Source: Tubiluchus corallicola
Lineage: Eukaryota; Animalia; Priapulida
DNA: 64,000 nt
Direction: 5' to 3'
Assembly (NCBI GenBank): GCA_030141605.1
Contig: JAQGDQ010000031.1
Location: forward strand, 434,001-498,000
Of this stretch, positions 37,601 through 57,900 are shown in pieces. The notes under the pieces were generated by a model. The model was given only the letters and a program-made list of their open reading frames with translations, had not been told where the DNA came from and ran no database searches. Within the stretch, counting starts at the first letter, position 1; the number at the start of each line of letters is the position of its first letter. The position numbers and the translations under genes are program-made.

Positions 37601-39122
37601 TTCCTTCTCTGTATTATTTCAATCAGTTAACTGTAGTTTTATTAAAGGTTTACATTTAGTTTTGTAACAATTTTTCTATATTATTTTTATAACGAAAATT
37701 TGTTAGAAATGTCTACCGCAAAGGTTGGCTATTATGAACAGAAGTCAATCTAGAAATTCTACATAAGGTAAATACTAAACAAGCAAACTATGTGAACTTA
37801 CAGGCTCAGTTTAATGTAAGACGAAGCTTTTTGATCAATGTTTTCAAATCTGGTTTCAAAAAAGTCTTTGATAACTTTTTGTAATTGCGCACGAGGGGCC
37901 TTGCGTATAAGCTGCTGTACAACGACAACTACCGTCTGTCATAATTAAAGAGGTCAGTGTACTTAGTAACTAAAGAAGTGCATGAACCTGTCATCAGAAT
38001 GAGTTTCACGTCTGTAAGCTAGGTCGATATACTGTACAGTGTACTGACTATACTACGTACATGATCATACATCCAGAATGACATAATTTCAATAGATCTC
38101 AGCCTAAGGTCACAATTATAACACCCGACAAGTTGTCAACTGTAAATGCCGGTCTGCCCGTTTTGTGACGTTAAAATTAAGTTTGTGGTTATGCAAACGA
38201 AAACTACCACAGAATTCCTTCAGCACAGAAATTTCATGTAAGGTCTTTTTGACACGAAACAGTGATATGAACGTGAACAAAAAGGGCAGGGAATCGGCCC
38301 AGATTTACCCAATTGCCTAGCCAATATAAAGGGGTAAGTTTGATAAATCTTGAAAAAATTATGTACAATGTATGTAAATTAGTCTAGATGATAAACGACA
38401 AGATCAAGTTGTGTAAAAAGTAACTTTTGAGTTTCCGTCAGTCATCGTTGCACGGAATTGGGCCGATAATTTTACCAAAACTGCTTTGCTACGTTCAATA
38501 TTTTATGAAGCGCTGAGAAAATGACTTGCTGAATGTTCAATCGCTTTACAGATTATTGCACCCTTCATCAAAACCGGCTTATATTTTTATGGGCGATCCT
38601 CCCTAAAAATAATTGAATATAGGAGACTCCTGTGGCTTATTAAATGGCTAATAGATGCGCCCTAGGTAATTCTCGAGGCCTGGAAAAAGCACAGCTGTGC
38701 TGTTATTGTCAGCGTAGAAAATCTGCATCCGTCGAAAAATAACTCACCTTGATTTCTAACTTGCGGCCTAAAACGCAAAGAATATAATAGGCTGGATCAA
38801 AATAAATCAAAGCCAGCAAAGCTACGACAACGCCCAGTACTTTCAACCCAATTGACTGCAACCTCTTCCAAGAAACTCGGTCGGTCTTCTGCAGCAAAGG
38901 TTGTGCAAACTCGCGAATCTGTAGCGGCGTGTAACCTTGCTTGATACAGAACTCGTGCAAAATTCTCACTTCTCTGTCTATCAAAGCCAGTTTGTCCACC
39001 ACTGTCATCTCTTTCTCTGCTGCTGTTTCTGTCTGGTCGTCACCATCATCGGATGCCATGGGTGGTGGAGGTTTGGTTGTCTTTCTCTTGCGGGTTTCAC
39101 TTCCTGACTCTTCAGCAGGCAT
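31618..39122 (-). CDS. C6orf89: C6orf89/BRAP (bombesin receptor-activated protein)-like type II membrane protein, 7 exons, about 379 aa
   Basis: Phase-consistent exons 38748-39122, 36480-36578, 35535-35693, 34590-34726, 33476-33614, 32328-32457, 31618-31718 (1140 nt). One TM segment. Motifs LPVWDWTDLYYHDCLVNNP, VPVIVTDG, WENC...FRRPYFLP, WFAQLKG...PCNESC...LIPGDI. Confidence 0.8.
31939..32171. mobile_element. hAT MITE, shorter inverted member of the TTCGAA-rich family
   Basis: Ends TAGGGTTGAGTAT and ATGCTCACCCCTA. TSD CTACCCAG/CTACCTAA (6 of 8). Confidence 0.65.
36855..36970. repeat. Short foldback element with 15-bp subrepeats (GGAAAAAGGCACA family)
   Basis: Tandem aaaaaggcacagg units followed by their inverse. 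Same family as 50490-50540 and 51280-51430. Confidence 0.4.
37185..37260 (-). repeat. SINE head with tRNA A-box and 5S-like segment
   Basis: Minus strand has TGGCTGAGTGG (A-box), then TTAGTAAGTGGATGGGCGACCAC resembling the 5S box C region. Confidence 0.3.
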
Positions 39123-41013
39123 CTGTACAAGATAACAGTTGGGCTGCTTAAACCTAAAACTGCACAGCAACGTACGCTTATTCTGGTAAATAATGCAGCA
39201 TAAACCACAAAACGACTCGAGGCAGCTATTGTGTACTAACCTGCACGAACGATTGAAACGTTTGTACAAGTAACACAATACAGCAGTGAAACTGTGCCAC
39301 AATACTAGGTGAACCACGCAGTTACGTCATGCGCAGAAGACCACTAAACATTTATAAACATCAATAGTAGCCGCAGACCGCAACACATAAATTAGCTAGA
39401 TACTCGCGCCGCAGGCGGAGCAGCCGCAGCAGGCGACTTCATGGGTATCTAACTCGAGTAGCATTGAAAATTTTGAAAGTTAATCGCAAGCTATCGTCCA
39501 AAAGTTTTCACCCATCACCTAACATTTACACTTAGATAATCAGCAAAAAACTAGTCTTTATAACACTTTAGTGGCAAAAAGGGATAAAGTATTTTTATCA
39601 ACGCTGGCTTGTCAGTAGGTGACAGGTCACTGTACATTCTTCGCATTGATCTGACTCAAATTCTCCAACTATAAACCCCCATCCTGAGTGTTTCCTTCCT
39701 CCCTCCTAGAGGAGGGAGAACCATTGCAAGCCATCATCAAAAAATTGTCACTCAACAAAAAATAGTAGCCATTTGTTAATCAATTAGCGCTCTCTTTAGT
39801 TAATTAATTGATTTAAAGTGTATGTTCCCATGATTCAAGTGAGCTGAAATTTGGCAGGATAATTAGCAAGGATGTCTTTGCTTCAAAGTAAAAAAATTGC
39901 AGCAATTCACTAATTAGTTAAGTTAGTGAGGCATTTTAATTAATTAGTTTTAAATTTATTTAAATTACATGCTCCCATGAACCAAGCCAGTTGAAATTTT
40001 ATATACAATACTAAAAATATCTGTAAAATCCGATTTAATTTCACATTTAAATTTCTTGTTTCTATGGTCTGCCTCACTTGTCTCCTGATTGAATGAAAGG
40101 TCAATATACTGTATATATGCAGTATGTGCCAAGCTAGAAACGAACTAAAGTTCTAGAGTGACACAGATGAATATGTTTCCTGTCCTTTTGAACGTCTTGA
40201 GGTTGCACTTATGAAGGTGAATGAGAAAAGATATACAAGAAAAACCAGAAAGCCTTGCTCAACATCGCTTGGGTATTAAATCTTTTAAAATACTTATGAC
40301 GAAAACATAAAAATCAATGTTACTAGGCAAGTAAAGTAACTAAAAAACATACTTGTCAAAGCTCACCTACATTCTGTCATCAAGCGCTTACAAAAGCTTC
40401 AGAATTAGTCCAGAAAGTCTATTCATTGTTGAAGAGGAACACCTTTATATTGCGTTAAGAAGATATCAGCTGCAACAAATGGAGCCTTATTCGAACAAAA
40501 TGTCACTAGACTATTTGTTTTCCTTGTTATCGACACATTCACTATACACAACCGACTACCGCCATGCACTGAAAATACGAAACCCTCAAATCACAATTTT
40601 TTACACTAGTTTCTTTATTACAGGCACAGTGAGACACGTATATGCAGTTGCTGCATTAAAATATTGAAAACTTCAGCTAAAATGCACTGCTGAACTTGTC
40701 TGGATGTTTTACAATCCAGCACCTCTAAATACGTCGAGTAGGAACTTGCAATCTGTAGGTTGCAGAGACTGCTACAATCACTTAGCAGTCAATACTTTCA
40801 AGCATAAAAATTTGCAAAGATGCACATGTATAAAAATGCGCTCTAGAAAAATGACAACTTTGGCTTTATAAATGCAACGAAATTATTAGAATTAATCAAT
40901 GCAAATTTGAGAGCTTATCACAAGGCACTGGATACTTATGCAGATCCAAAGATAAGTGGATCTTATCACAATGTCATTGAATACACTAAGGTACACCATT
41001 TCACTTTGTCATC

Positions 41014-46953
<5,940 letters not shown>

Positions 46954-48980
46954 TCTAAAATTCTTGGTTAGGCTTAGATCGGAGCCACGCAAATTGTGTG
47001 GTCTTCGTGTTTTTCTCTACAGGAGTTTGCTCGAGCGCGAGAAAATAAGACAGAAGTTGTACAATAATATAAATGCATATAAATTTTTGTGCATATAACT
47101 AATACGGACAGTAATTGCGATATTAACATACTTGAAGACTAAATTAATGAAATTTTTCACTGTACAATATTGTATATGAGCAAATAAATGAAATGAATAG
47201 AATATGAAAAGAGGCTGATCTGATTGGTTGGTTGTTGAACCTCATACCTAATCTAACAAGTATTATAATAGGCGCGTACGGTGTGCTGTATGTTTACTAC
47301 CTACACGCGTGTGACAAAATTCAAATTGTATTACTATTTTGAGAAAAGAAACAGATCAAACTGTCGATCATCTTTTAAAAAGTGAATGTCTAACATAAAT
47401 GTTCAATTCAACTCAAAGTTTATTTTGTTAGTTTTGTTACTTGTTTTTATTTTTGACTTAAATATACTCATTTCTATTGCTTAACTAGTCGTATGCCTCA
47501 ATCCTGAACATCACTGTAGTAATCAACAACTTATTCGAATTTAGTGACCTACTTTTTATTCGTAGGTTGCTTTTTTGCATTTTTACGTCTTTGAATATTG
47601 AGACAATTCCATTTGACAATTTTTTCTTTTCCAGTTAAGTCATCGGTTCCCTAGCACTGCTTTAGATGTCATGATAAAATCACAGCCAGGTGCGACAATT
47701 AAGATTTTACTGTGACGGCGCCCATTCATAATTCATATCTTGTTTGCCAAATTAGTGTTACTGTTTTGTGTAATTATAACTATAAATTAACTGCAACATG
47801 TTGGCATGGTTTATAATAGTTTGAAGCGTGTTACTGCCCCATTAACGTAAAATTATGCTGGAGGTATCTTAGTATAAAAGTTGCTGTTTTTGTAAACAAA
47901 ATCCCAATGCTTGAAGCTTTCAAACAAAAAGTGAAATGCCCATTTCTTGATAAAGCTTAAGCATTGAACCTGAGAACCATATTTTAATTTCTTCTCTTAA
48001 AATTCGTATGTGGTTTTGCATTCCTGGGCTGTGTGTTCATGGTACCAGACTTACACATAATTTGGAGGTCCTGGTTAAAGTCAGGTCAGTCTTGACTTTT
48101 CACCTTTCCTTTTATAAAGTTTGGTTTTAGCAATTTAATAATTGTGCAGTTTTTCCATCATTATTACTAAATTATTTAAAATTTTACATTAACACCATTA
48201 AAATTTTTAAAATATTTTAATTTAATCTCGGCATTCTAGGTCACCATAATCAACGTTGTGTTGAAAGAGTGCTAAGTTCATATTTGAAATTATTTCATTT
48301 TATTAATTGTATTCTCATGCTATTAAAAAGGTGTATTGAATTTTTGAACTATTTAAATTTTACATTTTTATCACATATATTTTTTCAAACAAAAACTTAA
48401 CATACTGTAAGCACTGGCTCTCAAAAGCATGAGTCTTATTATGTGTTAGGGAAACTAATTTTCCGTACTCAATTAGTAAAATTTGTTGATTTGTGATCTA
48501 CAACCTACAAATAAACTGAAATGTCTCTAATGAGCTAGTTAGTGTGAAACGAGATAACAGAGCTGAGATAAATTTTGTTTATTAAATAGTTTAATGTTTA
48601 CTGGTTTTTGATTTATATTTCATGTATTTTGTTAAAGAATTAAATAATAGTGATTCTCCTGTGATAAAGTTTTTTTAGATAAAAAAATAGTAATTCATTG
48701 GAATATTTTTAAATTTGTTGTGCTCCTGGCTTCCTGTTGTTTTTACATCAACACCAGTGTAGTGCAGGAAAAATTATAAACCTTAAGTTTAAAATGAATT
48801 TGTCATGCTGTAGTTGTGTCATGGTTAGCACATGATGCACACCATCATCCTGACTGTGTTTACACAATGGACTAGCTAATTATCATGCATCATAGATTCC
48901 TATTATCTACCCTGCCTGATTTTGTGATCAATATTACAGAACCTGCGAGTGGCTGTGAATTAGTCTTTGTTCACTAGACC

Positions 48981-51900
48981 ATGCTGCCTGCCACACGTCC
49001 CTTGTACATTGAACCCACACTGTTGGATGCAGACAGAAGTGGTGTTGTGAACGTTACAGAAAAGGAAAATAGCGTAATTACATGGAAGGTATTTGGAAAG
49101 GTATGAAATTAATTTTTAGTATTTATGTGTTGTACTGATGTATTTTTATGTACTTATTATAATTATTTTCATACTCATTCGTGTTCAAAATGAATATAAT
49201 TTTATATATGTGTGTGTGTGTGTGTATATAAAACTATAGTCCTATCTCTCAGAGACATTTTGGCATTTTTATTAGTTTTATTAATATTATTATAAATTTA
49301 TATCTTAAAATTTGCATATCTGATTAAATTTAAGTATCGAACATGCATAACACCATAATTAGGCTTTAAAGTATACAAGAAACTATTTAACAAAATTATT
49401 ATGAAACGAGTCAAATGGGTATTAGGGCTGTGTCTGTGAGTTTGCAGATACCTTATTTCAAAAACTGCTTTGTTTTTGAAAACAAAAAAAAACAATAGTT
49501 ACTTAACACTTAACCTCAAAGAATAAATTAGCCAAGTAATGCTATTAGTTCTGTGCTGTCAGCAACATAGCTTGTGATGAGAAAATGGTATTTTGTGCCT
49601 GCTTGGTAGTGAAGTTTACTAGTTATAAAACACTAATATGTTTTTAAGGCTTGTCCTTAATGTAATAATACTAAGAGTACCATAAGAATACACTAGAACT
49701 GCTTTGATTCATCTGGGGTTGGATTAGATTTAGATTTATTTAGTCATCTAACAAATCAACATAATACAAGCTATACAATTGCAAATTAACAATGCATTAC
49801 AGTGCTATGAGGGTAGCAGAAGAAATTGTGAGCTATGCTCAACACGGATAAGACTTAATTAATGACATAAGCAACAGCAAAAAATACATTAAATGGAGCG
49901 AAGCAAACGGATTTGAAAAGGATTTGGATAATGATGATCTTGATGATAATAATAATAATTATGACAATGATGGTGATATTAATGCTGATGACAATGGTGG
50001 TGGTGATGACAATGATAATAAATTGATGCTAACGGTGTGATGATGCGCTAGGGTCGATGATTTAAACCAAGTTCTGCAGTGTTATGAAAATAGTATTAAA
50101 ATATTAAACTATAAAAAATACAAAGGTGTGCTATTTTTAACAGAAGGCCGATATGACTCAAGAATTGAGTTTTTTTAATTGTGTTTGAATATGTGTTCTG
50201 ATTTAGCACTTTTTATTTCTGTGCACATTTTACATGTCTTATTTGCATGAATATTGAAAATATATGTTCCACGTAATTGTAACAAAAGTAATCAAACTTT
50301 TAGTGTGAGAATTACTATAACATTTATCACAAAGGTCATAGCTCAAGGTCATGGGATAAGCTGACCCTTGCCTAGGTTATAATATAACAAAATTTCACAT
50401 ATATAAAATAGAAGAGTAAAATTTAGTCGTTTGACTGGAACTTCCCCAACATGCACTGTAACTGTTAGACTTCTGTACTTTTTGGCAAATCTAAGCAAAA
50501 GTGGAACAGGTAAAAGTGGCACAGAAAAAGTGGTACACTTAGTAATACATGTGTTTAGGGTTATTGTTACATTGGGATATTATTATTTTAGTTATTTTTA
50601 CCTCTGCCAAGCAAGTTAATTATGCTTCAACACAGTTTGTCAGTTTGTGTGGTTGTTTTTTGTCTGCTATGACAGTAAACCTAGTACACAAAAACTGTCT
50701 AACAGAAACTGTGTGAAGAATGGCAAAATTTGAATGTTTTCGCCAATTTTTTATGCTAAATTTGACCGAACACCATGTACAAAAAAACCTTCGCAAAGCA
50801 CTTCATGGAGGTCTCAGAAGGAGTGTTTAGTACTTCTTTTTTATTATCACCGCCAGGACACACAACTACAAGTTAGTTGAAGTTCCATTTCGAGAAAATC
50901 TTCTAAAACTGCATAACACTGTTTATAATCTTTGCTTATTAATGCATATAGCCTTATAAGGTGACTTGGTATGTAACTACCGTCGTGACTACAATCGCCA
51001 ACATTAATAGTTAGAAAGGTACGTAACGCTATGTGGAACATGCGTGCATTATTGATAATAAAACTATTTAATGAACAAATATTTTGTGAGACTTTTGCTA
51101 GTCTGTATAAAACCAGTACATGCACATTTTTGTGTGTTTGCGTGTTTGCTTATTTATCTTTGTGCTAAATTTTTTAATCAAAAGAATAAGATTAGGATTG
51201 TTCGGCTTTGGCAGAAATCTGATTTCTACTGAGCACATTCTAGTTTTATTATAGAAATCAATTACATCAAAATAACATATGTGCCATTTTTTCCAGTGCT
51301 ATTTTTACCTAGTTTTCCATTTGTGCCATTTTTCTTTTGCCATTTTTACCATGCCATCTTTTCCTGTGCCATTTTTCCCTGTGCCGTTTTTACCATGCCA
51401 TTTTTCCTGTGCCATTTTCACCACACACCATTTTGGAGGGTATATTTTAGCTGATTATGAAATAATATATCTAGTATGATGGCTGAAATAATGTATCTAG
51501 GCTGATGGCTGAAGAGGGGCTTTTTTCTTCGAGAATTTGTGCACCACACCACAGCAAAACTACAAAGCTGAAAAATCTATGCAGTAAAATAATATTCATA
51601 ATTGCTAAGTTTTTACTTCGCTTTATTCAGCAATGTGAAACGTTAGACGTTACATGTAACGAAAACAGTTTAGAAATTGTATAAATGTAGTGTTGAAAAA
51701 GAGGCAGATGATAAACAAGTACAATCAAAAGTTTAATTTTTATACTGTGTTTGTATTTAGTATACCGTAGTACGTATATAGTATGGTATGGTAGGGTAGG
51801 GTAGGGTACGGTGCGATACGTAAGGTACTGTACAGTATAGTATAGTATAGTATAGTATAGTATAGTATAGTATAGTATAGTATAGTATAGTATAGTATAG

Positions 51901-54900
51901 TATAGTATAGTATAGTATAGTATAGTATAGTATAGTATGGCATGGCATGGTATGGTATAGTATAGTATAGTGTAATATAGTACAGTATAGTATATATTCT
52001 TTATTTGAACCTAAACTAGCTCAACGAAGAGATCATTTTCAATCTAGTATGAGTTTGACGTGATAATTATATAGTTACTTTTAGCCGTCATATGTCAATA
52101 ATGGGATTTACGAAAAACGTACACAGATAAGGGTTCGTATCAGATCTGTTTTGAACGTGAACCAATTTTAAGGAAATCCGAACAGACAAGCATTGTTTAG
52201 CTCTTCCATATGCTATGACAATGAAATGCTTGCGTTGTTGCGTTACTGGTAAAGTCAGTTACTGATATCAATCATGCCATGTTTGTCATACCGTCCTATG
52301 ATTACTAGTATATGGTGCCTGTGTATGTTGACTGATTTAAACTACATAGAATTTAAATTAACGAACGCTATAACAAACACTTGCTAAAAATGTGAAAAGA
52401 AATAAAAATATTTAATGTTCTTTTAACAAATACAATTCGCGAAAAAAATTGTTCTGATGTGCATATAAGCCACATAAAATATTGTCATAGTTATACATAC
52501 AGTTTCTTTAGTTACAAAGCTTTTCAACCTTCGTGGTAGTGTTAAAGAAGTTGGGCACAAGGGCGTAGCCACAGGGGAGTGCAACACCCCTCGAATATTT
52601 TGTAACGAGTGCCCAAAAAGAAGTGAAAGAAGTAAGCACTGCAAGGCAAAAATGTTTGCAAAACGTAAATAATTTTTTTAGTTATTTGCACTGTCTTAAT
52701 ATCTGTTTCATAATGATCATTTTGTTACAAAATTGTATTTTATTTCTAAGCCGAAATAATTTACTTTGAACTGAAGTTGAGATGCTTGTTGCGACCCCTG
52801 CAATCTTCAAAAAATCGCTGTTTGTAAGCTGCCGTGAGCTTGTAATACTGCAACAGTTAACAGACTTCACGACCAGTGTTTTGTTTAGGGACGAATAACT
52901 CAGTATTAATATTCTTGGTATATTTATATATATATATAAGATTCGAGGCTACAGCCCGGACGAGGCCACCATTTGCGGCGATCTATATATCAAACGAAAG
53001 GTCTCGATCTAGTGTCGTGCCATTGATGGTTTATTTTTCGAATTGGGCCCACCGGAAGGAGGGGGGGCGAAAAACCTCCAAAAATGGCCATTTTTCGGCC
53101 GTTTTTTGCAAAAGCAAAAGTTATACGGCTGAGATGTAGAGAACGGGAACGGGCCGAGGGGGGTACTGGGTATGGATAGATAGCCCGTTCAGCGGTGGGT
53201 GTAGTAGGCATATTTAGAATTCCCGAGAGGGCCAGGGCGCCCCGCAACGGGCGTTTTCCCGGACCCAACTCGCGATTTTTTCGAAATTTTGACCAAACAG
53301 CATGCGGGAAAAACGTTCTAGCGTCACCCGGTGGGACTCTAGGAAGGAGATATGGGGCTCTTTACAAAGAGGAAGGACAGGGCTACACGATGATGTGGGC
53401 TATATGTTAGGGCAGGTCCACCGAGAGGAGTACTGGCGAGTTAATTAGAGGTTCCATTTTCGGCATAACTCAGTATTTTACGATAAAGGCAGTTCTGAAT
53501 GCTGCGCGTTGATGTTTAGTAAGTAAGCAATAGTTTTTAAGAGGGGATTTAAACAGTAAAACACGAATCATAAGACTTCTTGCCATCCATAAAACAAAAC
53601 AGATAAAATACACAGGAAAACTAATTGCTTATTGCGTAACTCAGAGTAAGCTAAAGCTGATCCTATTCTTGATCGACTATATATGATGCAAGACAGATTA
53701 AATTTTTTTATCGATTTTCATAGAAAATGATTGTGAATTGAAACTGACTGTGTGAAAAACGATGTGCATGTATAACAATAAAAATCATTTATGCATGTAA
53801 GATTTTCAACGCTCTTTTGCTTCTTTTTTTTAATTCATCAAGAGAAAATTTGTTACAGTTTTATTGCCACAAGTTTGACGAAATCAAAAATCCAAGATGT
53901 TGTAACACACCACAAGCAATTATTGCGTTCTTGTATATTAATAGCTAGTGCTAATTTAACAAACATGTGTACATGTATAATAATGCACAATAAGTACTTG
54001 CATTATATACTTTTATTATAAAATCTGTGCCAGTATACATTTGACATTAGAAGAGCGTGCTAGGTAGTTAGCAATGTTACTAATACACCACAAAGAGCAG
54101 AGCAAGGCTTCTGCTATATAAGCCATCCATGTCCTTCCAAATTCGCCTATATTTGAGGGCCTGGCTCCAAAGTTTTGTTAGCCCGGGTTGGTAGCAACCC
54201 TAGAATACGACCTCAATACATTGTACTTCGCTACGCTCTGGTTTGGAATTCTTACGAACTTTTTATCTGTGGAATTTTCTACCAAAAAATTGTTTCTGTA
54301 ACTACAACCCCTGTTATAGTTAGGCGTACGAAAACTTATAAAGAAACAAAACATCTCTTAACCATTGCGGAAAAAAGTTTCGCGAAAAAATTGTCAGCTG
54401 TGCGTGACTTACCTGCCTCAAAAATCGTAGAATATATTGCAATATCATGTACAGTGTCTTTAGTTACAAGGTTTTACACCCTCAAGACAGAATTAAACAA
54501 GTTCGAAGTTCTCCTGAAACTTGTCGTCTTCGTATTTAATATAATAAAATAAATGCAGATTTTTAATCTCAGAAATAACCTTATTACAAATAAAGATTGA
54601 GATTTTTGCTCAATACTTGCTCAGGTTGACTAAATAGAGCTGACAACAAAATGAAATGCAGCTGAAAATATGTTGGTAGTACAACGACGTGTAATGACGT
54701 CATGCAATTATTGACGTCATGTGTTTACTTTTGTCTGTGAAGTGTAGTGTGAAGCATCCTCTACAGCCTTGTTTGCAGCAGGAATTATGGATTTTAAAGT
54801 AATATGTTTTGACTTTTTTTAATATTTGTCTTTTTCGATGGACTAGCGGTTCGTTATCTTTTGTCTAGTTTTGTTTAGAGCTGATTAATTTTTTTCTTTA

Positions 54901-57900
54901 TTCTGTTACAAGTTTACCAAAATGACATCATTCTTATACCTATAGCCTTATGGCTTATGTACTTATATACAGAAACTAATTTCATTTCAAACGCGTTGCT
55001 TTTTAATATGTGACGGGGAGGAAGACTGACGACTGTTAAGAAGTAAGAATGTTGATTCTCACCCGCAACCGTTTTTACTAAAATTGAACGATTTGCACAA
55101 CAAATATTTGTATAATTTGCGCTAATCGGCTCCCTTATGTTATACTCTTTGATAAAAACTAATTTAGAAAATGCAGAAAGTCGTTTCATGTAGCAAAGTG
55201 AAAATAATCAGCCGTAGCACTGGAACGTATCAAATAATTAGCACTTGGACTTGTTGAAATTCGCAATAGCGTAACACAAAAACATCGTCGGCGTGTTTTT
55301 GTACGGAAATCCGTCATTATAGTTGGGCTGCAATTTAAAACTTGTTTGTAAGATTAACACAATCAGTTATTTCAACTGGCAAAGGTAGACAGATCAGTGA
55401 GATTACTTGTAAAGTATCCACAGTTATGTGTGATTCTTAGCCGCCCCTCTTACCAGGTAGGTGCAGGGAAAAATATGAATTTAAAATCCTAATATAAAGC
55501 AACATATATTAGAACAGCTTCTGTATTGCATCGCTACAAATGCGTGGATTCTTCTGTACAGTAATATGATCGCTGTAAAATCATTTCATCAAAAAATAAA
55601 GACTAAAACTTACATTTCCCCACACACAAGAAATTAGTTGGTGAAGCAGATTAGGACCAGAATTAGGGTTAGGGTTGGAATTAGGGTTACGGTTGGGATT
55701 AGGGTTAGGGTTAGAATTTGGTTAGGGCTGGTGTTAAGGTATTTAAATTGTATGGCGAATTGTAAACTCATTCCAAAATAAAAATAAGTACAGCTTTAAT
55801 TCTTATTATTATTTGATCAAAGAGTTTGAAAAGATAAGTAAGTGCCTTTGTGATGTAATGGTTGGAATAGCTTCTGCAAAGCAGGTTTTGGGTTCGAGTC
55901 CCAGTAAAGGTGCAAAATTGTCTAGACTTTTTAATTTGGTGTTGCTTTCTTGTGTTTATTGGATCTTTACTTTGCCAGCTTGCTGTTGGTAATACTGAAT
56001 ACTGCTGTTATGCTTGATACTGCTATTATTGCTGCTGCTACTGATAATGTTTAGTATGGCTGTCATTGTTGCTGTTGTTGATATTGCCGAATACCGCTGT
56101 TATTGCTGCTGTTGCTTTTAATGCTGAATATTGCTGTTATTGCTGCTGATGATAATGCTGAATACTGTTATTAATGCTACTGTTGTTGGTAATGCTAATT
56201 AACAGTTTGCCGTCATTGATGATGCTGGATACTGCTGTTAATTGCTGCTGTTGCTGATAATACTAATACTGTCACTTTTGCCGCTGTTGCTATTAAATAT
56301 TGCAGGTTTTATGCTGCTGTTGTTAATAATGCTTTTTAAATACTGTACAGTCGTTATTTGTTCTGTTGTAAATAATGCTGAATATTACTCTTATTGCAAT
56401 TGTTGTTGACAATGCAGAATACTGAGCGCTGTTATTGCTGATTGTTGATAATTCTGAATTATGCTAAAGTGAATAGTGCAAGTGTAATCTGTGTATATCA
56501 TATCATTCATGTAGTTGCTGTTCTGGCCGTGTTAACTTATGTGTTTGCAATGTTGCTGCTGTGCAACTGGCACTCTTTACGATGAATACTGCTGTTGTTG
56601 TTAATGCTGAATACTGGATGTGTTAGTGCTGCTGTTATTAATTATGCCAATTATACTGCTGCTGTTGGTAATGCTAAATGCTACTGTTATTGCAGCTGTT
56701 ATTAATAATGCCATTTATATATAGCTGTTATGGCTCTTTTTGTTAATGCTAAATAATTCTATTACTGCTGCTGTTCTTGGTAATGGTAATGCTGCTGTTA
56801 TTGCTACAGATATTGATGATGCTGAATATTGCTGTTATTGCTGCTGCTGTTAATGCTACTGTTGTTGGTAATGCTGTGCCATTGCTGCTGTGGCATATAT
56901 TGTTGTGTATGTCCAAGACTGCTAAAGTACAATATTTGCAAGATGGCATTTACTGGTTACCTTTAAAAATTAGAACCTACAACAGTTGTAATTCAAAGCA
57001 AATATGTTAAAAGGTTCATTAACCTCTCAAAACTTTTGAACTAAGTAACAATATTAATGACGAAGGCTGTGAAACAGATGTGTTCACCCTAGCAGTGTCA
57101 AGTTTAATTTGCCATGTCTGATATCATTAGTGCTGTAATGACCTGTTATTTCTGAACAGGATTTACTGCTATTTAAATGTGAAAAATAGTTTGTGGTGTA
57201 TTAACTAGCATGCACAAATGCCGAAACTTTTTGAATCGTCTTTGGATGAAATGATTGGCATTTGAGCAGAACATCAAAAAAATTTACTTTGTTGCTGTAT
57301 TGGCATTGCTGATCTGGACCAATTCTAACAATGTGCTAAAAAGATTAAACTGTTCTGTTACAGAAACCTGGTGTATCTCACATTACTGGCGAGTTACAAA
57401 GTACAAGAGGGTCCGAACAATTTCTGTCGAGGATCCCTTTAGTAGCAAAGAACATTGACCCGGGCAAACAGGAAAGGAGAAGCCGCAGCGGAATTCTCCT
57501 GTCTGAAAAGAAACCGGGAAAGTAAGAACATATCAGTGTTTGGTTACTTTCGAATAGGTTTTCCTTTGCACAGTTTGTAATATATATGGAAGTAAAAATA
57601 TAAAAAATCAATATATAAAATAAAGAATTATCCTAATTAGTTACATAAAAGCATAGTTACATGGTTATAAAGCTAGATCAGAGTTAAAAAGAAAACAAAA
57701 TTAGCTAACGACTATTTATAAGTACTGTAGCTCCCTGAGTTTCGTTTTAAGTGTTTCAAATTTTTTTAATTTTTCTTAATTCAGATTTGATTGCATACTA
57801 ATTCTCGTAATAACGACATTTGGTGTTCTAAGATCTAACTGACGTATCCAGGCAATTAAGGCAGGAAAACTTAATAAACGAGTAAGCCAGTGCTTGACAT

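Noticed and set aside
38709-39317. 202-aa ORF as a single-exon gene starting at 39317
   Set aside because: It begins at a non-ATG codon and runs past a clear donor at 38748. The likely start is ATG 39122.
39392-40080. Possible DINE/HINE-like element with GC-rich hairpin
   Set aside because: Family-like motifs are present, but boundaries could not be defined by eye.
51280-51432. CRISPR-like array
   Set aside because: Tandem 15-bp repeats without unique spacers, in a eukaryotic context with no cas genes.
51740-51948. YYTIL-repeat ORFs
   Set aside because: Translation of (TATAG)n.
55663-55730. Telomere or chromosome fusion scar
   Set aside because: Very short, degenerate and single orientation. 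Such tracts are common inside MITEs.
55844-55912. Functional tRNA gene
   Set aside because: The anticodon arm is too short and the D-arm pairs poorly. Kept only as a tRNA-like pseudogene or SINE head.
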